DNA from: Nitrospirota bacterium
GTDB lineage: Bacteria; Nitrospirota; UBA9217
Length of the DNA stretch: 48,367 bases
Direction of reading: 5' to 3'
Assembly: GCA_029858565.1 (NCBI GenBank)
Contig: JAOUEV010000023.1
Span: forward strand, 1 to 48,367
Part shown: positions 43,140 through 48,367 of the stretch, one piece after another
Position numbering within the stretch: position 1 is the stretch's first letter
Layout: every line of letters starts with the position of its first letter
Translations under genes and position numbers: made by a program
The notes under the pieces: generated by a model
What the model saw: the letters and a program-made list of their open reading frames with translations, nothing else
The model's database searches: none
Told to the model about the DNA's origin: nothing

Positions 43140-43454
43140 TTATTTCACAAAGGAACAGCAGTAATCAGACAGGGTCTTGACCTTCATGGTGAACTTGGAG
43201 TTGGCCGGCACGTCAAAGGACTGGCCGCCGGTGACCTTCTGCCACGACGTTGCGCCCGGCAGCATCACGTCCATGTCCCCGGACAGGATCTCCATGATCT
43301 CCTTGTCCCCGGTCGAGAACTCGTATTCGCCCGGCTGCATGATCCCCAGGGTTTTCTTGGTCCCGTCGGGGAACAGCACGGTCCTGCTCACCACCCCGCC
43401 GTTGAAATAGACATTCGCCTTTTTCACCACCGTCACGTTCTTGAATTCCGACAT
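43140..43454 (-). CDS. ppnP: Pyrimidine/purine nucleoside phosphorylase (DUF1255/YaiE)
   Basis: [47 protein letters not shown]. Confidence 0.93.
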   Translation of the reverse strand: MSEFKNVTVVKKANVYFNGGVVSRTVLFPDGTKKTLGIMQPGEYEFSTGDKEIMEILSGDMDVMLPGATSWQKVTGGQSFDVPANSKFTMKVKTLSDYCCSFVK

Positions 43455-43510
43455 GGGTAACTCCTCGAAAAAAGGATTAATTAAAGGATCAGAGGATTAC
43501 CGACTCGCGC

Positions 43511-43615
43511 CTAATCCTGCGTCACCTGATCCCGCCGTATCTAATCCTGCAGTATCTAATCCTGCCGTATCTAATCCTGCCGTATCTAATCCTGCCGTAT
43601 CTAATCCTGCCTTAT
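43511..43615. repeat. 15-bp tandem repeat CTAATCCTGCCGTAT x7
   Basis: Units start at 43511, 43526, 43541, 43556, 43571, 43586, 43601; the last overlaps the ettA stop. Confidence 0.95.
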
Positions 43616-45294
43616 CTTGTAAGGTGCCTATACTTGATCCGGTGCGGCTGGTCTGCCTCGGCGCCGAGCCGTTTCTTCCGGTCTTCCTCGTACTCCGTGA
43701 AGTTGCCGTCAAAGAACGCCACCTTGCTTTCGCCTTCAAAGGCGAGAATGTGCGTGGCAATACGGTCAAGGAACCACCGGTCGTGGGAGATCACCACGGC
43801 GCAGCCGGCGAAGTTCTCAAGACCTTCTTCCAGAGCGCGCATGGTGTTCACGTCGATGTCGTTCGTGGGCTCGTCCAGGAGCAGCACGTTCGCCTCTTCC
43901 TTCAGGATCCGCGCGAGGTGCACCCGGTTCCGTTCGCCGCCCGAGAGCACGCCCACCTTCTTCTGCTGGTCCGTGCCGCCGAAGTTGAACCGCGACACAT
44001 AGGCCCGGGAGTTCATCAGGAGCTTGCCGAGCTGGACCTGCTCCTGGCCGCCGGTGATCACTTCCCAGATGGTCTTGTTCGGATCGAGCACGTCGCGGCT
44101 CTGGTCCACGTAGGCGAGCTTCACCGTGTCGCCGATCCGGATCGTTCCCTTGTCCGGCTTGTCCTGTCCCGTGATCATGCGGAAGAGCGTGGTCTTGCCC
44201 GCGCCGTTCGGACCGATGACGCCCACGATGCCGCCGGGAGGCAGCATGAAGCTCATGCCCTCGACCAGGATGTTGTCGCCGAAGGCCTTGGTCACGTTGT
44301 CCGCCTCGATCACGATCTTGCCGAGCCGGGGACCCGGCGGAATGTAGATCTCCAGCTCCTTGCCGCGCGCCTCGGTCTGCTGCCGGAGCAGTTCTTCGTA
44401 GGAGCTGATGCGCGCCTTGGACTTGGCGTGCCGTCCTTTGGGGGACATCCTGATCCATTCGAGCTCGCGGGCCAGCGTCTTCTGGCGTTCGCTCTCGGCC
44501 TTTTCCTCCTGCTTCAGGCGGTTGCCCTTTTGCTCGAGCCAGGAGGAATAGTTCCCCTTCCAGGGGATGCCCTGGCCGCGATCAAGCTCCAGGATCCAGC
44601 CAGCCACGTTGTCCAGGAAGTAGCGGTCGTGGGTCACGGCGATCACCGTGCCCTCGTAGCGCTGGAGATGGTGCTCAAGCCAGGCAACGGACTCGGCGTC
44701 CAGGTGGTTCGTGGGTTCATCGAGCAGCAGGATATCGGGCGTCTGGAGCAGCAGGCGGCAGAGCGCCACGCGCCGCTTCTCGCCTCCCGAAAGGTTCTTG
44801 ACCGGCGTGTCGCCCGGCGGACAGCGCAGAGCGTCCATGGCCATCTCGAGCCTGCTGTCCAGTTCCCAGGCGTTCAGGTGGTCCAGCTTTTCCTGCACCT
44901 TGCCCTGGCGCTCGATGAGCTTGTTCATCTCGTCGTCGGACATGGGATTGGCAAAACTTTCATTGATCTTGTTGTACTCGGCCAGAAGGTCCACCGTCTC
45001 CTGCACGCCTTCTTCCACGCACTGACGCACGGTCTTCTCCGGATCAAGCTTCGGCTCCTGCTCCAGGAACCCCACAGTGTAGCCCGGGGACAGGACCGCC
45101 TCGCCCTGGAACTCCTTGTCAACACCCGCCATGATCCTGAGCAGGGAGCTCTTGCCCGAACCGTTCAGGCCCAGCACGCCGATCTTGGCGCCGTAGAAAT
45201 AGGACAGGTAGATGTCCTTCAGCACGGGCTTCTTGTCGTGGAGCTTGCCCACGCCGACCATGGAATAGATGATCTTGTTCGCTTCCGCTGCCAT
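43612..45294 (-). CDS. ettA: Energy-dependent translational throttle ABC-F protein
   Basis: [59 protein letters not shown]. Confidence 0.96.
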   Translation of the reverse strand: MAAEANKIIYSMVGVGKLHDKKPVLKDIYLSYFYGAKIGVLGLNGSGKSSLLRIMAGVDKEFQGEAVLSPGYTVGFLEQEPKLDPEKTVRQCVEEGVQETVDLLAEYNKINESFANPMSDDEMNKLIERQGKVQEKLDHLNAWELDSRLEMAMDALRCPPGDTPVKNLSGGEKRRVALCRLLLQTPDILLLDEPTNHLDAESVAWLEHHLQRYEGTVIAVTHDRYFLDNVAGWILELDRGQGIPWKGNYSSWLEQKGNRLKQEEKAESERQKTLARELEWIRMSPKGRHAKSKARISSYEELLRQQTEARGKELEIYIPPGPRLGKIVIEADNVTKAFGDNILVEGMSFMLPPGGIVGVIGPNGAGKTTLFRMITGQDKPDKGTIRIGDTVKLAYVDQSRDVLDPNKTIWEVITGGQEQVQLGKLLMNSRAYVSRFNFGGTDQQKKVGVLSGGERNRVHLARILKEEANVLLLDEPTNDIDVNTMRALEEGLENFAGCAVVISHDRWFLDRIATHILAFEGESKVAFFDGNFTEYEEDRKKRLGAEADQPHRIKYRHLTR

Positions 45295-45483
45295 AAAGGG
45301 GAAACCTCCGATACAAAGTTAGGCACCTTTGTACACTTCTCAAGAGCCGGGTGTCAAGACCAAACTCGTGCGCTGCTGACAGGACCGGAGCGAGAAAACT
45401 GTTGTTCAGCCTGATCGGACTGTGCTATAGTGGGCGGCAACGGACGGCCGCTGCATGCTGAATTCATGATGAGCGAGGACGGA

Positions 45484-46341
45484 TTGAAAAGACATTTTCT
45501 CTTTATTGGCGCAGCTTCCATTCTCACACTTGCCAGCCTGTCGGTTGCCGAAGCAGTTCCCCATAACCGGGTCCCCGCCAAGGCAGCCGTGGTCATGGAC
45601 GCCGGGGGAACGGTGCTCTTTTCCAAGTTCCCCAACGCCAAGCTCGCGCCGGCAAGCACGGTAAAGCTCGTGACCGCCATGGTGGTCCTCGACCGCCTGG
45701 CCCCGGAAACGAAGGTGACGATCAGCCAGAAGGCGAGCAGGGTGCGCACCATCCCCCCGCGGCTCTGCCCCGAGGAAGAGCTCACGGTCTCGGACCTGCT
45801 CCATCTGGCGCTCATGAAATCCATCAACTCCGCTGCCGTGGCCCTGGCCGAGGCAGCGGCAGGCACGGAAGACGAGTTCGCCGCGCTCATGAACATCAAG
45901 GCAAAGGAGATCGGCGCGAACACCACGCTCTTTGCCAACGCCTCGGGCCTGCCCAAAGGGAAGCAGTACACCACGGCGAACGACCTGGCGCTCATCATGA
46001 AGGCCGCCCTTGCCTATCCCCTCATCCGCGAGATCCTTGGCAGGAAGGAAGCGCTGATCAGAACGGCCGCGGGCCGTGACATCCTGGTGGACAGCTCGAA
46101 CGATCTCCTGTGGTACGATCAGAACATGATCGGCGGCAAGACCGGGTATACGGGAAATGCGCGGCACTGCTTTGTCTGCGCGATCAATACGGACCGAGGG
46201 CCGCTCATCACCGCGGTGCTCGGCGCACGTTCGCGGCGCGGTCTCTGGAAGAGCACGCTCATGCTGAACGAGATGGTCCTGAGGCCGGAGCTCGCTTTTC
46301 TGAAGGTCAGGTCCGGCCTTGCTCCTGCCGTTTCCCACTAG
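45484..46341 (+). CDS. D-alanyl-D-alanine carboxypeptidase/endopeptidase (peptidase S11)
   Basis: PASTVK (SxxK), SIN (SxN), GKTG; signal peptide; start TTG 45484 (GAGGA SD) or ATG 45466. Confidence 0.92.
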   Translation: MKRHFLFIGAASILTLASLSVAEAVPHNRVPAKAAVVMDAGGTVLFSKFPNAKLAPASTVKLVTAMVVLDRLAPETKVTISQKASRVRTIPPRLCPEEELTVSDLLHLALMKSINSAAVALAEAAAGTEDEFAALMNIKAKEIGANTTLFANASGLPKGKQYTTANDLALIMKAALAYPLIREILGRKEALIRTAAGRDILVDSSNDLLWYDQNMIGGKTGYTGNARHCFVCAINTDRGPLITAVLGARSRRGLWKSTLMLNEMVLRPELAFLKVRSGLAPAVSH

Positions 46342-46384
46342 GCCGGCATCTTCACTTCACGCGGCCGCAGCAGGCAGACCACTC

Positions 46385-47323
46385 ATGACCTCGCCATCAT
46401 TACCCGGATCAGCAGCACCCTCCTTGAACAACGGCTATACCTACCGGGAACAGCTCGGACCGGCCGCGGACTCCCTCACGCTGCTGGACTATCTCGTCAG
46501 AAACTACCGCCACTCCACGGAGACCACATGGCTGGAACACATTGCCTCGGGCCGCGTGCTCATTGACGGCATGCCTGTTCCCGCGGACACGCTCCTGCGC
46601 CGGGGATCGGAACTGGTATGGAAACGGCCGCCCTGGATCGAACCTGCTGCGCCCAGGTCCTTTGCCGTGCTCTTTGAGGACGAGGACCTGCTTGCCGTGG
46701 CAAAACCCGCCGGCCTGCCCACGCTTCCCGGCGGCAATTTCCTGCAGGGAACGCTGCTCCATCTGGTGCGCGAGCGAGCGCCTGAAGCGTCTCCGCTCCA
46801 CCGGCTGGGGCGCTGGACATCGGGCCTCCTGTTGTTCGCAAAGAACCCTCGTGCCGGCGCCGGGCTGACCCGGCAATGGTCGGAAAAGAAGGTCGGCAAG
46901 CGCTATCGCGCCCTTGCCAGCGGACTGCCCGGACTGGATGCCTTTGCGATCGAGACGCCCATCGGCCCGGTCCCTCATCAGCTGCTCGGTTCGGTCCACG
47001 CGGCATCGGCAACCGGCAGGCCCTCGCTCTCCCGGGTGATCGTTCTTGAACAACGGGGCGATTGTTTTCTCTGCGACGTGCATATTGCCACGGGCCGGCC
47101 CCACCAGATCCGCATCCATCTTGCCTCCGCAGGCCACCCCCTGGTGGGCGATCCGCTCTATGGGCCGGGCGGCATTCCCCTGCAGGGCTCGGCCGCGCTG
47201 CCCGGGGACCCGGGGTATCTGCTCCATGCCGCCGAACTCCGCTTTCGCCATCCCACAACCGGCCGCGAAATGACCCTCCAGTCCGAACCGCCGATGGCTC
47301 TGCGTCCTTCAACGGGTAAATAA
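46385..47323 (+). CDS. RluA-family pseudouridine synthase-like protein with an HRLG motif
   Basis: S4-like N-terminus, AKPAGLPT, HRLGRWTSG, KRYRAL, TGRPHQIRIHLA, PLVGDPLY, LHA. Confidence 0.88.
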   Translation: MTSPSLPGSAAPSLNNGYTYREQLGPAADSLTLLDYLVRNYRHSTETTWLEHIASGRVLIDGMPVPADTLLRRGSELVWKRPPWIEPAAPRSFAVLFEDEDLLAVAKPAGLPTLPGGNFLQGTLLHLVRERAPEASPLHRLGRWTSGLLLFAKNPRAGAGLTRQWSEKKVGKRYRALASGLPGLDAFAIETPIGPVPHQLLGSVHAASATGRPSLSRVIVLEQRGDCFLCDVHIATGRPHQIRIHLASAGHPLVGDPLYGPGGIPLQGSAALPGDPGYLLHAAELRFRHPTTGREMTLQSEPPMALRPSTGK

Positions 47324-47338
47324 AAGCGAAACAGTTAT

Positions 47339-47443
47339 AACCACGGGCGGCTTCGCCGCACACTGATGACGTCAACACCGCATTCCTGTTTTCTTCGTTC
47401 CTGCCTTCATCCGTGTGTCCCGGCGCAGTCGGGACCCGTGGTT
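47339..47443. repeat. MITE-like inverted-repeat element
   Basis: AACCACGGG...CCCGTGGTT termini, inner cacactgatga/tcatccgtgtg arms, small hairpins in both arms. Confidence 0.7.
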
Positions 47444-47594
47444 CCATGCCTCGACGTTACCACGGCTTCTCGATCAAATCTGCCGCCAACCATGGACAAA
47501 TCGCTCAAAATCGGGTATCTTGCATGTCCGTGATTTATTATCAGCCAGCGCAGGCGACCTGCGAATGGACTACATTGGTCAAGTGAGGATTACG

Positions 47595-48367
47595 ATGTCC
47601 GAAGAGCAGAAAGCAGTTGAGCCGGAGGAAGAGAATTTCGCCGAAATGCTCGAGAAGAGCATGCCCAAGCGCAGCAGGCTGGAACCCGGCCAGATGGTCG
47701 AGGCCAGGATCGTGAAGATATCCGGCGAGTGGGTCTTCCTCGACCTGGGCGGCAAGGGCGAAGGCTACCTGGACAAGAAGGAGGTCCTGGACGAGTCCGG
47801 CCAGCCGACGGTGAAGGAAGGCGAGATCCTCCGCGCCTATTTCCTTTCCTCCAAGAACAACGACATGGTGTTCACCACGCGCATCGGTTCCGGCCCCGCG
47901 GTCAAGAACCAGCTCGAAGACGCGTGGAAGAGCGGCGTGCCCGTGGAAGGCACCGTTGCCAAGGAGGTCAAGGGCGGGTTCGAGGTCAAGATCGGCGCGC
48001 TCCGGGCCTTTTGCCCCTTCTCGCTCATGGGGCTGCGCAGGACCGACGACAAGACCGCCTGCCTGAACCAGACCTACCGCTTCGTGATCGCCGAATACAA
48101 TGAGAACGGCAGGAACGTGGTGCTGTCCCGCCGTCCGATCCTGGAAGAGGAAGAACGGACCCGCAAGGCGGCCCTGCAGGAATCGCTCAAGGAAGGCATG
48201 CGGCTCAAGGGCAAGGTCACGTCGATCCAGAGCTTCGGCGCTTTTGTGCAGGCCGGAGGCATCGAGGGCCTGCTGCCCATATCAGAACTGTCCTACACCC
48301 GGATCGCGAAGGTCTCCGATGTTCTCTCGGTGGGGCAGGAGATCGAAGTGGTCCTCAAGCGGATGGA
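47595..48367 (+). CDS. rpsA: 30S ribosomal protein S1 family protein (partial; possibly a short paralog)
   Basis: My translation: MSEEQK...NFAEMLE, VFLDLGGKGEG, RAFCPFS, NVVLSRR, FGAFV..GGIEGLLPISELS; GAGGA SD. Confidence 0.88.
   Translation, partial: MSEEQKAVEPEEENFAEMLEKSMPKRSRLEPGQMVEARIVKISGEWVFLDLGGKGEGYLDKKEVLDESGQPTVKEGEILRAYFLSSKNNDMVFTTRIGSGPAVKNQLEDAWKSGVPVEGTVAKEVKGGFEVKIGALRAFCPFSLMGLRRTDDKTACLNQTYRFVIAEYNENGRNVVLSRRPILEEEERTRKAALQESLKEGMRLKGKVTSIQSFGAFVQAGGIEGLLPISELSYTRIAKVSDVLSVGQEIEVVLKRM

Noticed and set aside
43511-43615. Possible CRISPR array
   Set aside because: Units are contiguous 15-mers without unique spacers, and no cas genes are present.
43441-45414. 657-aa plus-strand ORF with SNPAV repeats
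   Set aside because: Antisense to ettA; the peptide repeat is simply the translated 15-bp VNTR.

Overview
GC-rich bacterial chromosomal window. Gene content and style suggest an anaerobic/microaerobic Gram-negative such as a Nitrospirota or Desulfobacterota member; this is inference, not proof. It holds about 45 mostly housekeeping or accessory genes: a RelE/HigA-like toxin-antitoxin pair; an orphan HAMP/HisKA_3 kinase; a co-oriented rhodanese-TolC-MFP-RND-crotonase-CBS-DUF2892-FmdB-polyferredoxin cluster behind a sigma54-like promoter; folA, alkD-like, an ankyrin membrane protein and an ABC1/UbiB kinase; a His-less pseudo-kinase; smpB, DsbB/DsbA, a frameshifted TolB-like gene, a REC-GGDEF protein, GT2, an OFA MFS, ThiF/MoeB and DUF2156; USP plus a Na/K-ATPase-like P-type pump and an AcsE-like protein; an AT-rich Vsr-C5 MTase-Eco29kI-family restriction-modification islet; nitroreductase, SDR, Rieske plus cytochrome b6 (no subunit IV), ppnP, ettA, a D-Ala-D-Ala peptidase, an RluA-fold protein lacking its catalytic Asp, and a partial S1 protein. 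The least explained features are a dense set (>12) of short 7-15-mer repeat arrays, many as inverted pairs, at gene junctions and inside a gene; the putative sulfur-linked RND cluster; several degenerate-active-site proteins; and repeated leaderless-type promoters. No rRNA, tRNA, CRISPR, integrase or transposase was recognised. All calls are by eye, with no database searches.
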